Shown piece by piece: positions 11,873-24,866 of a DNA stretch of 64,000 nt. This stretch comes from Phyllobates terribilis (taxonomy: Eukaryota): assembly GCF_046119375.1 (NCBI RefSeq), contig NW_027362761.1:617272001-617336000 (forward strand), read 5' to 3'. Both the position numbers and the translations under genes were made by a program. The notes beneath the pieces are model-generated. The model was not told the DNA's origin, searched no databases, and saw only the letters and a list, made by a program, of their open reading frames with translations. Each line of letters opens with the position of its first letter. Within the stretch, counting starts at the first letter, position 1.

Positions 11873-12308
11873 TTCAGTATTCTACTGATTCTGGAAAAGC
11901 TTTTCCTCTGTATCACTCCATTCAAAAGTCCCCCTCTCGGTGATAAGGATGCAAATTTTACCTTCAACCAACTACTTGACGTCTACTTCAGAACGTCTAT
12001 GTGGGGCACAGCAGTCTTTACCTGTAACACAGTCGAGTCGGTCTGAAACATCAGCTGTCCAGTTCTCCAGTGACTTCGGAGTTTTTAGTGTGTGCATGCA
12101 AGAAAAATCTCATCTCAGGAGAGTACGCTCAGCCAGGCGGCAGCTGAGACCCTCTCTGTGCGTGTTTTTTTTTTTTTCCCCCTCTATGACATGGCCATGC
12201 TTTGATTGGCCAGAGCCTTGGAGGTGTAAAAGCGAACACCCATAGAGAGGTTCTGTGGTATATGCAGAGTTAGCTGAATGAAAATTAGCATCTTTAGATC
12301 ACACATCA

Positions 12309-15300
12309 GGTCCTTAAAGAATCATTTTGCCAATGCACCTATACTCAGTCAACCCGATGTTTCCCAACCCTTTATTGTGGAAGATGATGCGTTGGATGTG
12401 GGGATTGGAGCTGTGCTGTCTCAGGGTCCATCCCCTGGTAAATGGTGTCCATGCGCCTTCTTTTCTAAAAAAATTGTCTTTGGCTGAGAGAAATTAGGAC
12501 GTGTGTAATAGCCAAAAGTTCCCTATCAAATTGGCGTTCGAAGAATGGCGAAATTGGTTGGAGGGGGCTGTCCATCCTATTACTGTTATTACTGACCATG
12601 AGAACCTGTCATATCTCCAGTCAGCTAAACGTCTCAACCCTAGGGAAGGCAGATGGTCCACGTTTTTTACTAGGTTCAATTTTGTTGTCACATTTCGTCC
12701 AGGGGTCAAAAATGTCAAGGCTGATGCTTTGTCCCGAAGCTTTCCTGGTGGCGGTAACCATGAGAACCCTGCCGCGATATTACAGAAAGGGATAGTCATT
12801 TCGACATTATATCCTGAACTGGAGGGTGAGGTGTTAGAGGCTCAGGGAGATGCCCCTGCCTCCTGCCCTTCAGGAAGGTTATTTGTACCATGTAATCTGC
12901 GCCACAAAGTAATTAAGGAACATCATATCTCTGTTCTTGCTGGTCATCCAGGTGGTAAGGCGACCGCGGACCTCCTCTCTCGTCGTTTTTGGTGGCCGGG
13001 GTTGCATCGGGATGTGATTGAACACGTAGCTGCTTGTAGTATTTGCATGCTTTCTAAGGTTTTGCATACCTGTCCATCTGGTACTCTTCTTCCGCTACCT
13101 ATTCCTAGTAGGCCATGGACACACTTGTTCATGAATTTTATTACTGACCTACCGGTTTCTGCAGGCAAAATGGTGGTTTTGGTGATTGTAGAAAGAGTCA
13201 GTAAAATGGTTCACTTTGTCGCGTTACCTGCACTTCCAAATGCCAAGACACTTGCTCAGGTGTTCATAAATGAGATTGTGAAGCTTCACAGGGTCCCTCC
13301 GCTGTGGAGTCAGATCGGGGGGCCCAGTTTGTTTTCAAGTTCTGGAAGGCATTCTGTTCTCGACTGGGGGGGGGGCAGCTTCCTTATCCTCTGCCTTCCA
13401 CCCTCAGTCGAATGGACAGACCGAGCCTGTCAATAAGAATTTGGAGACCTACCTCAGGTGTTTCGTCTCCGAAAATCAGGAGGATTGGGCATCCTACTTA
13501 CCGCTGGCAGAATTTGCCATTAACCACAATCCTGGGATTTTCCGTTTTTGCATCTTCGTTTTTTGCTCCCCTTGTTCCCAGAGCCATAGCGTTTTTATTT
13601 TTTGGTCAATATGGCCGTTTGAGGGCTTATTTTTTGCAGTTGTACTTTTAAACGCCATCACTGGTTTTACCATATCGTGTACAGGAAAACGGGAAAAAAA
13701 TTCCGAGTGCGGTGAAATTGCAAAAAAAAATTGCAATACCACAGATGTGTTTTTTTTTTTTTTTACCACGTTCACTGAATGCTAAAACTGACCTACCATT
13801 ATTATTCTCCAGGTCATTACGAGTTCGTAGACACCAAACATGTATAGGTTCTTTTTTATTTAAGTGGTGAAAAAAAATTCCAAAGTTTGGTAGAAAAAAA
13901 AAGTGCCATTTTCCAACACTCGTAGCGTCTCCATTTTTCGGGATCTGGGGCCAGATGAGGGCTTATTTTTTGCGCACCGAGCTGAAGTTTTTATTGATGC
14001 CATTTTGGGGTAGATTCGATGTTTTGATCGCCCATTATTACATTTTATTGCAATGTTGCAGCGACCAAAAAACGTAATTCTGGCGTTTCAATTTTTTTTC
14101 TCGTTACGCCGTTTACCGATCGGATTATTATTTTTTTATATTGATAGATCGGGCGATTCTGAACGCGGCGATACCAAATATGTGTATGTGGGTTATTTTT
14201 TTAAATTTTATTTTGAATGGGGCGAAAGGGGGGTGATTTAAACTTTTATATTTTTTTAATTTTTTAAATATTTTTAAAAAACTTTTTTTTCACTTTTTGC
14301 TTGCTTCTATACTCTCCATAGGAGACTAGAAGCAGCACTTGTCTGATCGCCTCTGCTACATACAGATGATCAGCAGATCACCTGTATGTAGCAGAAATGC
14401 TCCTGTGCTATGAGCGCCGACCACTAGGTGGCGCTCATAGCGACCAGCTCATGACAACCACTGGAGTCTGCTGCAGACCCAGGGTTGTCATGCCCACCCA
14501 TCGGTGACCCGCGATCACGTGACGGGGTCACAGATGGGCGGGGTAAGTGACGCACTTCCGGCGTGGCGCTGTTAAATGCCGCTGTCAGAGATTGACAGCG
14601 GCATTTAACATGTTAACAGCCGCGGGTGGATCGCAATTCCACCCCCTGCTGTTGCGGGCACATGTCAGTAGTAAGAATCAGCTGACTTGCCCTGTTCAGT
14701 GCGGGCTCAGCACCGGAGCCCTCACTGTACCGGGGGATTACTGCCTGTGCGTACTAATACGGCACAGGCTGTAAATGGATTAATAATCATTGTCAAGAAT
14801 CCACTGGAAGGTCTCTGTTCTTTGGTGCATACGGTTACCATCCACAGTTTGGTACCTTTAGTGGAAGAAGAGCTTCGGGAGTTCTTGAGGAGGAACATTT
14901 TACTTCATCCCTCTCCTCGGTGTTGCGGGGGGGTTCTGAGAAATTTAAAGATCATGGGAGACAGGTATAAACGTATGGCTGACAGAAAACGCTTTCCAGG
15001 TGAGGACCTGAATGTGAATGACTTTGTGTGGTTGTCTACCAGGAATATTAGGTTGAGGTCCCTTCTTGGAAGCTGGGACCTAGGTTTATTGGTCCCTATA
15101 AAATAACCGCCGTCATTAACCCATCAGCATTTCGTCTTGAGCTTCCTCAGGCCCTTAAGGTCCACAATGTTTTTCACAGGTCCTTACTCAAGAAATATGT
15201 GGAACCTTCACCCCTACCGCCGCCCCCAATAATGGTTGATGGTAATCTGGAGATTCAGATTTCGAGGATTGTAGATTCTCGTCTCCAACATCGTTCCCTA

Positions 15301-15605
15301 CAATACTGGGTGCACTGGAAGGGTTATGGTCCAAAAGAGAGGATGTGGGTTTCAGCAGGTGAATGTTCCCAGGTTGGTTCGTTCATTTCACACCTCTTAT
15401 CCGGAGAAATCTGGTCCTGAGTGTCCGGAGGCCACTCGTAGAGGAGGGGGTACTGTCACGGGTGTGTCAGATGTGACAGACAGTCGCCCTGCAGTTGGTT
15501 GCAGGAGATCTCTTCCTTTGGCATTACAGACACCTTAGATCTGTCTCTCATTCTTGGACCCAGCAGCTACCTTCCTCCTGCTAATTAACACCCTGATCTG
15601 GGTGT
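12309..15605 (+). mobile_element. Degenerate Ty3/Gypsy chromovirus: RNase H, integrase, chromodomain, PPT and start of 3' LTR
   Basis: RNase H motifs ([36 protein letters not shown]). Integrase zinc finger (GHPG...CSIC) and core (PIPSRPWTHL). Chromodomain (IVDSRL...YWVHWKGYGP). PPT AGAGGAGGGGG at 15440-15450, then TGTCACGGG at 15454. Confidence 0.93.
13524..14779. mobile_element. TTAA-target non-autonomous DNA transposon (piggyBac-like) inserted in the Gypsy integrase
   Basis: TTAA at 13520-13523 and 14780-14783. Removing the insert restores the integrase reading AEFAINNHCQEST. Confidence 0.85.
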
Positions 15606-15609
15606 TTAA

Positions 15610-18130
15610 CCCCTTTACCCTCGAAGGTGGTCAATGACCGGGCCAATTTTTACAATTCTGACCACTGTCACTTTATGAGGTAATGACTCTGGAACACCTC
15701 AACGGATCCCCCTGATTCTGAGAAATTGCTTTTTCGTGACATATTGTACTTCATGATAGTGGTAAAATTTCTTCAATATGACTTGTGTTTATTTGTGAAA
15801 AAATCGAAAATTTTGAAAATTTCGCAATTTTCATGCCCATAAATCAGAGACATGTCACACAAAATAGTTAATAAATAACATTTCCCACATGTCTACTTTA
15901 CATCAGCACTATTTTGAAACCAACATTTTTTTTGTTAGGAAGCAATAAGGGTTAAAAGTTGACCAGCGATTTCTCATTTTTCCAACAAAATTTAAAACAT
16001 TTTTTTAGGGACCACATCACATTTGAAATGACTTTGAGGGGCCTCTATGACAGAAAATGCCCAAAATTGACACCACTTTAAAAACTGCACCCCTCAAGGT
16101 GCTCAAAACCACATTCGAGAAGTTCATTAACCCTTCAGGTTCTTCACAGGAATTTTTGGAATGTGGATGAAAACAATGAACAGTTAACTTTTTTCACAAA
16201 AATTTAACTTTAGACCCCAATTTTTTTATTTTCGAAAGGGTAACAGGAAAAAATGGACCCCCAAATTTGTTGTGCAATTTCTCCTAAGCATGCCAATACC
16301 CCATATGTGGGAGAAAACCACTGTTTGGGCACATGGCAGGGTTCGGAAGGGAAGCAGCGCCATTTTACTTTTTGAATGTAAAATTTGCTTGATTAATTAG
16401 CGGACGCCATGTTGCGTTTAGAGAGCCCCTGATGTGCCTAAACAGTGGAAACCCCTACAAGTGACACCATTTTGGAAATTAGACCCCTCAGGGAACTTAT
16501 CTAGATATGTTGTGAGCACCTTGAACCCCCAGGTGCTTCACAGAAGTTTATAATATGGAGCCGTGAAAATAAAAAAAATCTAACTTTTTCCACAAAAATG
16601 ATCTTTTAGCCCCAATTTTTTTATTTTCACAAGGGTAAGAAGTGGAAATGGACCCCAAAAACTGTTGTGAAATTTCTCCTCAGTACGCTGATACCCCTTA
16701 TATGGGGAAAATACACTGTTTGAGCTCACGGCGGGGTTCAGAAGGGAAGGAGCACTGTGTGACTTTTTGAAAGCAAAATTGCCTGGAATCGAGAGCGGAT
16801 GCCATGTCCCGATTGGAGAGCCCCTGATGCGTCTAAATAGTGGAAACCCCTCACAAGTGACCCCATTTTGGAAACTAGACCCCTCAAGGATTTTATCAAA
16901 GGGTATAGTGAATATTTTGAACCTAGAGGTACGACAGAATTTGATAACATTAGGTCATCGTATCCAATAAGTTGTCATTAGTCTTGAGCGCAAGTGCTCG
17001 CTACTTGAGTTTGCATCAAGTACTCAGGTATGCACCATGTATCGCGGGCGCTCGAGTGACATGGTCGAGTCCCCGTCCTGCATGTTTCATGTTTGTTGGA
17101 CACCCAAAAAAAAACATGCGGTGATCGCTCGTGCATGGCAGAAAATCCACCCAAAGTTTTTTTGGCCACGAAGCATATGGAGCGGAGACTCAAGCATGTC
17201 ACTCAAGCACCCGCGATACTCAATGCATACCCGAGCACCCGCGATACTCGATGCATACCCGAGCACCCGATATAAACTCAATTAATGAGCACTTGCTCTC
17301 AACACTGGTCGCCATATTGTCGTCATTTTTTTTTTTCTTTACTCTTGAAAAAAATCCCAACCCCAACACAACCATAACCCTAGAGTTAATTTTTATGCCG
17401 TTCCTCGTGCGGTATAAGTGATTAGACGACTTTATTCTTCGGGTCGGTGCGATTACAGCAATGCCAGATTCATATCGGATTTTTATGTTTGGCAGCTGTC
17501 ATACATTAAAAGACGCTTGTTTTGTGCAAAGATTAGTTTTTGCATCACCATATTTTGAGAGCTATAATTTTTCCATATTTCAGCCGACAGAGTCATGTGA
17601 TGGCTGGTTTTTTACGGGACACGTTGACGTTGTTATTGGTGCCATTTTCGGGCACGTGACATTTTCTGATCGCTTTCTATTCCAATTTTTGGGAGGCGAA
17701 AAAAACAAAAACCAACAATTCAGGAATTGTTTTTTTTTTTTTTTTTACGCCGTTCCGCTTGTGGTAAAATTGATAAGGCAGCTTTATTCTTCGGGTCAGT
17801 ACATTTACAGCGGTACCACATTTATATTGTTTTTTTTATGTTTTGGCATTTTTACACAATAAAAGCTATTTTATATAAAAAATAAATTTTTCTATCGCTT
17901 TATTCTGAGAGCTATAACTTTTCTAGTTTTCGGCTGATGGAGCTGTATGGCGGCTTGTTTTTTACGGGACAAGATGACGTTTTGAGCGGTACCATTTTTA
18001 CCATGTTTACTAAAGGGGTTAACTAGTGAAACAGTTTTATAGGTCAGGTCGTTCCTGATGCGGCGATACCCAATATGTGTACTTTTATTGGTTTGTTTGT
18101 TTTCTTCATAATAATATTTATTTATGGGTA
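15610..18130. mobile_element. piggyBac-like TTAA non-autonomous element truncating the Gypsy LTR
   Basis: Begins TTAA|CCCCTTTACC. Internal AT-rich blocks resemble those of 13524-14779. The right end was not found. Confidence 0.65.
16979..17307. mobile_element. Short hAT MITE
   Basis: Termini TAGTCTTGAGCG...CTCTCAACACTG. Degenerate 8-bp TSD GTTGTCAT / GTCGCCAT (6 of 8 match). Internal 28-bp tandem copies of ATACCCGAGCACCCGCGATACTC. Confidence 0.72.
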
Positions 18131-18167
18131 CAGTGTGTGTATGTGTGTGTGTGTGTGTGTGTATATA

Positions 18168-18410
18168 CAGTACAGACCAAAAGTTTGGACACATCTTCTC
18201 ATTTGAAGATTTTTCTGTATTTTCATGACTGTGAAAATTGTACATTAACACTGAAGGCATCAAAACTATGAATTACCACATGTGGAATTATATACTTAAC
18301 AAAAAAGTGTGAAACAACTGAAAATATGTCTTATATTCTAGGGTCTTCACAGTAGCCACCTTTTGCTTTGATGACTGCTTTGCACACTCTTGATGAGCTT
18401 CAAGAGGTAG
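18168..18410. mobile_element. Tc1 family A terminal fragment
   Basis: TA|CAGTACAGACCAAAAGTTTGGACAC..., following a (TG)n tract; truncated at a junction with L2 sequence. Confidence 0.88.
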
Positions 18411-18612
18411 ACACTGTTCTCTCCTGGTTCTCCTCCTACCTCTCTGACCGCTCCTTCTGTGTCTTTTGCCTGCTCCTCTTCCTCTCCTCTTCCCCTTATT
18501 GTCGGGGTTCCTCAAGGATCAGTCCTAGGCCCCCTTCTTTTCTCCTTATACACCGCTCCCATTGGATAAACAATCAGCAGATTCGGTTTTCAGTACCATC
18601 TCTATGCTGATG
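18411..18612 (+). mobile_element. L2 LINE reverse-transcriptase fragment
   Basis: Frames read [15 protein letters not shown]...[11 protein letters not shown]...GFQYHLYAD. Confidence 0.85.
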
Positions 18613-19262
18613 CAAACGGCATGGATTTATATAGTGTGACCCGAGAGAATGTAAAAAAATAAAAAATAAATCTATACTTACCTTCCGATGGCCCCCGCAG
18701 TCTTGCTTTGCTCGGTGCTGACTGCCGGCAGATCGCGGTACACTGAAGGACCTGCCGACGTCAGCATCGCGTGACCCATCACATGACTATGACGTCAACG
18801 CAGGTCCTTCAGTCCATTGCAATTTGCCGGCAAAAGAGGACGAGCCCACCGGGGGCCATCAGAAGGTAAGTATATATTTATTTTTTATTTTATTATTTTT
18901 CTTTTTTTTACAGTTTCTATGGTACCTGGGTCCGGAGGAGAGTCTCCTCTCCTCTAGACCTGGGTACCATCCGCACATTGAAACGCATGGAATGCTCATC
19001 TACAGATGCAGTGATGCGGATTCCATACGTTCTAATGCAAGTCAATGGCGGTGAAAACGCCGCACTTCCGCAAAATAATTGGTAGTGCTGCATTTTTTTC
19101 CGCAATGATAATCCGCAGCGGAAATTTCCGCAGCATGTGCACAGCACATGCGGATTATCATTGTGGAACATGGCAGACCTTCTACCAAGCGTTTTTTAAG
19201 CATTTCTGCAGCGTTTTTGCCACTGCAGAAACGCTTAAAAAACGCATCGTGGACACACAGCC
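18613..19262. mobile_element. Kolobok/T2-like MITE fragment
   Basis: Right end CATCGTGGACACACAGCC matches the MITE end at 4656; contains internal hairpins. Confidence 0.65.
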
Positions 19263-20104
19263 TTGCTGTAGCTCTTATTCATTCTCGTCTGGACTACGGC
19301 AACGCTCTACTTATCGGTCTGCCTCTTACTAAACTCTCACCTCTCCAATCCGTCCTTAACGCAGCAGCCAGGATCATATTCCTCTCCAACCGCTACACCG
19401 ATGCCTCTTCCCTGTGCCAGTCATTGCATTGGTTACCCATCCAATATAGAGTTCAATTTAAACTTATCACGCTTACCCACAAAGCGCTCCATGCTTCAGT
19501 ACCTCCCTACATCTCCTCCCTTGTCTCAGTCTACCACCCTACACGTGCCCTCCGTTCTGCCAATGACTTAAAACTAAAATCCTCCATAATCCGAACTTGC
19601 CACTCCCGTCTCCAAGATTTCTCACGTGCTGCGCCAATTCTTTGGAATGCACTACCCAGGACAGTTCGATTAATTCCCAATACCCACAGTTTCAAGCGAA
19701 CCCTAAAAACGAATTTCTTTAGATTGGCCTATCGCCTTAACACACTATCTGTCCATCCCAGTTGTCCATCCCAGCTTTCCCCCATATTAAAATCTTCAAT
19801 TTCAGGTTCATACCAACCATGCACATAATAGCCTCGGTCAGGACTGCACACATACTGGCAGGTGACCAGTCCATGTATTATTTATCCTATTTAGTATATC
19901 AAGGCTGCATTATACAATATATGTACATTCTACCTTTTGTGTCTCCCGCACTTCTTCATAGACTGTAAGCTCGCGAGCAGGGCCCTCACTCCTTTCGATA
20001 TGAGATATGCTTATTCTGTATTGTCTGTATAAGTCCCCCCTAAAATTTGTAAAGTGCTGCGGAATATGTTGGCGCTATAAAAATAAAGATTATTATTATT
20101 ATTA
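19262..20104 (+). mobile_element. L2 LINE 3' end (ORF2 C-terminus, 3' UTR, (ATT)n tail)
   Basis: LIHSRLDYGNALLIGLP...LHWLPIQYRVQFK...APILWNALP. Ends GGCGCTATAAAAATAAAGATTATTATTATTATTA. Confidence 0.92.
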
Positions 20105-20447
20105 CCGGTACCCACCTCGGAGCCAGCAGTGACACCGGGAGCAGAGCGGGGGCCATCGGAAGGTGAGTATAAGGTTATTTTTTATTTTTTACTTTCTAAT
20201 TCTTTGTTTTTTAACATTATGTTGGTCACACAATATAAATCCATGCCAGTTGCATGGATTTATATAGTGTGACCAACTTTCAAGCAATTTTCCAAGTGAT
20301 GCTAAAATCGCTTGGAAAATCACTTGACAAACGCTTGTCCCTGGCAGAGAAGACGCATTTAAAATCCGCATGAGTTTTTTCTGCCATGGAGATGCAGAAA
20401 CGCTCAGGAAAAATCCGGAGCATTTCTGCATCGTGGGCACATAGCCT
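20105..20447. mobile_element. Kolobok/T2-like MITE fragment
   Basis: Right end CATCGTGGGCACATAGCC. Shares GCATGGATTTATATAGTGTGACC with 18617-18640. Confidence 0.62.
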
Positions 20448-20586
20448 GACAGTTTTCAAAAAAGGGCTGGCTGATTTCCTCAATACACGTAATATTGTGG
20501 GTTACAGTTAAATTAGACAAAATGTTACAGCTACAGTAGTACATTTAATACGATAATAGTAATTACATAACTAGTATTATAATTAG

Positions 20587-20965
20587 GATGATCCAGGGTT
20601 CTAGGACTGATCGCCTTTTCTCGGTGTCGAGAAGGACTTTTTCCCCGGAATGCAAATTGGCTGAATGTATCCTGGGGTTTTTGCCTTATTCTGGATCAAC
20701 AGATTTAGGCAGAGGGATTTTGCTAATACCATTATTAGACTTACAAGAGTAATACAAAAGATAAAACCAATCAAAAAAATTATAAACGGGTTCATTTGTA
20801 ATTGCAATAGTGTAGTAATAATAAAAATGGTAATAATACATTGTGAGGCCGAGTCCCAGTAAGTTAGTAAGTTATTGTAGTGTTAGTGTAGGGAGTACAA
20901 TTGGAGGAAGAAGGTTGAACTTCATGGACCTAGGTCTTTATTCAACCTAAGTTACTATTGTTATG
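20587..20965 (+). mobile_element. CR1 LINE 3' UTR remnant
   Basis: GGATGATCCAGGG...TGGATCAAC...AGGTTGAACTTCATGGACCTAGGTCTTTATTCAACC resembles vertebrate CR1 3' ends (recalled consensus, not aligned). Confidence 0.5.
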
Positions 20966-22361
20966 GTTAATTTTAATACCTAGATATCAATTATTAAATT
21001 AGATAAAACAATCTAATTCATGAGGCCTCTGATTGAGTGTTTTAAGACATACATTGTGAAATGTCTGACTAAGATACTGGTTTCCTGTGAAGTCTCTGAG
21101 AAGATTTTACTTTGGATCAAGGGAAATGTGTTTGTTACTGATAAGCTATTTCGGTTTTTTGTTCAGTTGTATGTAACAATGAAGTTCCGCTTTTTGTCTA
21201 GCTAATAAATTGGTGAGTCTATGTTGCCACACCAGAAGACTCTACTTGCTGACAATGAATGTCACATGTATTCTGTCTCTCTTCCTTCATCGATGAAGTA
21301 CCTTAATTTGAATCTCGCTGGCAATGTGAAGACCCTTTGCTGTCTAAACAAAAGTTCTCCTTAAACCAAAGAAGGTCGCCATAACACTATGTAACATCTG
21401 TATATGAATGGTGAATGAGAACCATAGCGCCCTCTTTGTAATGCTGGGGCGACAATAGAAGCAGCACTGGGGTTTTATAATGTTAATGAGATATAATAAG
21501 GGATGGAAATTTCCTGCCGCGCCCTGTGATGCCATCCGCCATTGTGCTGGTGATGAGGTAAAGTGAAGAATCAAATGTTTTTTAGTTTATTATTTCATGA
21601 GTTTCATGGAGTCGAAAGACAAATCCTCTAAATTATACAATGATCCCAATATTGAATCTATTAGGGCCACGGCCATGGTTACCTGTTTAACGTCTGTTGA
21701 ATGCAATGTTATTATGTGACAACTAGTGTTGAGCATTCCGATACTGTAATATCGGGTATCGGCCGATATTCGCGGTATCGGAATTCCGATACTTAATTCC
21801 GATACTTTTACAATATCGGATACCGGAATCGGAAGTTCCCATAATGCCTGCGCTCTGTAGTGTCTGTGAAGGATGACAAGTTGGATGGCAACGCGATCCA
21901 GCCTGTCATCAGAATGCCATCCCAGCGGGGGAGAATTCTCCTGATTGTTTAAAAGCCGGCGGGCGGTATAAAGCCGCCGGCTTTTAAACAATCACACAGC
22001 CCCATACTGCTTCCCCGCAGCCTCCCACCCCGATCCTCCGCTCCCCTCGCCACCTCCCATCCCGATCATAAGTTAGGACCGGGCGGGGAGCGCAGCTCCA
22101 AGGAGCGGGGAGTGAAGGACCCGGGCGGGGAAGCCGGCAGTGAAAAGACTTCACCGCCGGCTTTCCCGTTCTGTGCTGCGCTTTCCCGCCGGTTATTTCA
22201 AATGAACAGCTGAGGTATCAGCTGATGCCGATCAGCTGTTCATTTGAAGTCGCCGCGGTGCCCTCGGAGGGTTCATGTGAGTTCATGCTTGACTGCATGA
22301 ACTCACATGAACTTTCCCACGGCCGCACAGGTCAGCCTCACCTCCCAGACCCGTCATGATT

Positions 22362-22533
22362 AGTGTGTGTGCGGGGTGTGTGCGCGATGTTTGTGCGGGT
22401 GTGCGCGGTGTCTGTGCGATGTGTGCGGGGTGTGTGTGTGCGATGTGTGCGGGGTGTGTGTGCGGGGTGTGTGTGCGGGGTGTGTGTGCGAGGTGTCTGT
22501 GCGATGTGTGCGGGTGTGTGCGGTGTGTGTGCG
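22362..22533. repeat. Degenerate (GT)-rich microsatellite
   Basis: GTGTGTGCGGG/GTGTGCGAT tandem units. Confidence 0.9.
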
Positions 22534-24866
22534 TGCAGGCAGACATAGGCCGATGTGACACTACTACTCCCATCGGCCTATGTCTGTCCCCCGTCCACTC
22601 CTGCCAGCAGGATCAGCTCGATGGGAGCAGTAGTTCCCATCAGCCTGATCCTGCTATTTAAATTGCCCTACTGTGTCCCCAATAAATGTTAAATACATGT
22701 CATTGGTGGCCAGTGGTTACCTAAAAGAAATTAGTTCATACATTACCTGTCCCCGCCGATCGCCACCTAAAATAAAGTAAAAAATAAAAAACTACACCTA
22801 TACTCACCTAGACACCTAATTCCCCGAAGCCATCGATCTCCTGTAATAAAATATAAAATAATAAACCACAACCTTATCCTTACCCCTCCGTAGTAGTCCA
22901 CGAGTGTCCCACGAAGATCTCCAGTTCAGAGCAGCCACATAGAATGTGACCGCTCTGAACCGCTGCCGCCGCTAGAATGACAGCATAAGCGGGTTCACCG
23001 GAGTTCAGGCAGCGCTGCTCCGGTTAGCTGCTTTACGGCCCTGCTGTATAGTGAGAAATTCCCACGGTACAGCAGTGCCGTAAAGGAGGTCTCCGGAGCT
23101 GCGCTGACTGAATGCACTCCGGTGACCTCAGTCAGTGGCTCCCGCTGCCGGGAGCGGACGTGTTCCCGGCAGCGTGAGCTTACAGCAGCCATGCACAGCT
23201 GTCACCATCTCCAGATGTGACAGCTGTGCATGGGAGATCAGCGCAGGAACGTGGACAGGTAACTATTATTTTTAGTAAACTAAGAATTAAATAAAATTGT
23301 GTGTTTTATTTCAAATAAATTATTTTTTTCTGGGTGTAGTGTGTTTTTTCTTTTTAACACTTTGTAGGTTAGTAATGGGGGTGTCTTATAGACGCCCATC
23401 ATTACTAACCTGGGCTTCATGGCAGCTGGCGCTGACATGAACCCCACCACTATTACCCCCTGCCACCGCACCAGGGCAGCGTGGAAGAGCGAGGCTAAGT
23501 GCCAGAGTTGGCGCATCCTATGGATGCGCCATTTCTGGGGCGGCTGACGACTGGTGTTTCTAGCCTGGGAGGGGGCCAATATTCATGGCACCCTTCCTGG
23601 GCTATTAATATCAGCCCCCAGCTGTCTGCCTAGCCTTTGCTAGCTATTAAAATAGGGGGGACCCCACGTCATTTTTTTGGGGGGTCCCCCATTTTAATAG
23701 CTACTAAAGGCTAGGTATTCAGCTGGGGGCTGATATTAGTAGCCTGGGAAGCTCCGTGGGTTTTACCCCCTTCCCAGGCTTCAAACATCTGCCCCAGCCG
23801 TCTGCTTAACCTCCGCTAGAGACTAAAATTATGGGGGATCCCACGCCATTTTTTTTTTTAATAAATCCATTATTTTAACACTAAATGACATTTGAGGAGT
23901 TAATAAAGATGCAGTCCCTAAATTATTATTTATTTTTTAATTAATTTTTCCCAAAACTTTTGACGTGGGCTTCGCCATATTTTTGTATGCCAGCCAGGTA
24001 CAGCATCCAGCTTCTATGAACGCGCCATTTTCCGGGGCGGCTGCGGACTGCAATTTTCAGCGGGGGGCAGAAAGCTTGGGCCTCCCTGCGCTGCAGATTC
24101 CATCCCCCAGCTGCCTAGTTGTACCTGGCTGGACACAAAAATAGGGAGAAGCTCCACGTTTTTTTTTTTTTAATTATTTCATGAAATTCATGGAATAATT
24201 AAGAAAAAAAGGGCTTCCCTATATTGTTGTGTCCAACCAGGTACAAATAGGCAGCTGGTGGTTGGGGGCAGCCCGTTCCTGCCTGCTGTACCTGGCTGGA
24301 CCCAAATATAGTGCAAAGCCCCACGTCAATTTTTTTTTAATTATTTCAGGAAATTCATGAAATAATTAAAAAAAAATTATGTGGGGCTTCGCCCTATATT
24401 TGTGTCCAGTCAGGTACAGCAGGCAGGAACGGGCTGCCCCCAACCACCAGCTGCCTATTTGTACCTAGCCGGACACAACAATATAGGGAAGCCCTTTTTT
24501 TCTTAATTATTCCATAAATTTCATGAAATAATTTAAAAAAAAAATACATGGGGCTTCGCCCTATTTTTGTGTCCAGCCAGGTACAACAAGGCAGCTGGGG
24601 GCTGGAATCCGCAGCGCAGGGAGGCCCAAGCTTTCTGGGCCCCACCCGCTGCAAATTGCAGTCCGCAGTCGCCCCGGAAAATGGCGCGTTCATAGAAGCG
24701 CCATCTTCTGGCGCTGTACCCAACTCATCCAGGGCCCTGGTGCGGTGGCTCACTGGGTAATAAAGGGGTTAAGGCCAGCTTGGCATTATCAGCTGGCCCT
24801 AAGCCCGAAATTCATGGGGTCACGCCAATATTAGACATGACCACCATGAATTTCTAGTAAAGTATT

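Noticed and set aside
19148-19828. 226-aa ORF as a host gene
   Set aside because: It is the C-terminus of L2 ORF2 fused to MITE-derived sequence.
21020-21205. Possible CR1 RT remnant (LTKILVSCEVSEKILLWI)
   Set aside because: Similarity is too weak to support without an alignment.
21344-21574. Short ORF open in both old paralogs (also 57626-57817)
   Set aside because: It starts at TTG, and about 10 of 60 residues differ with mostly non-conservative changes, so there is no sign of coding constraint.
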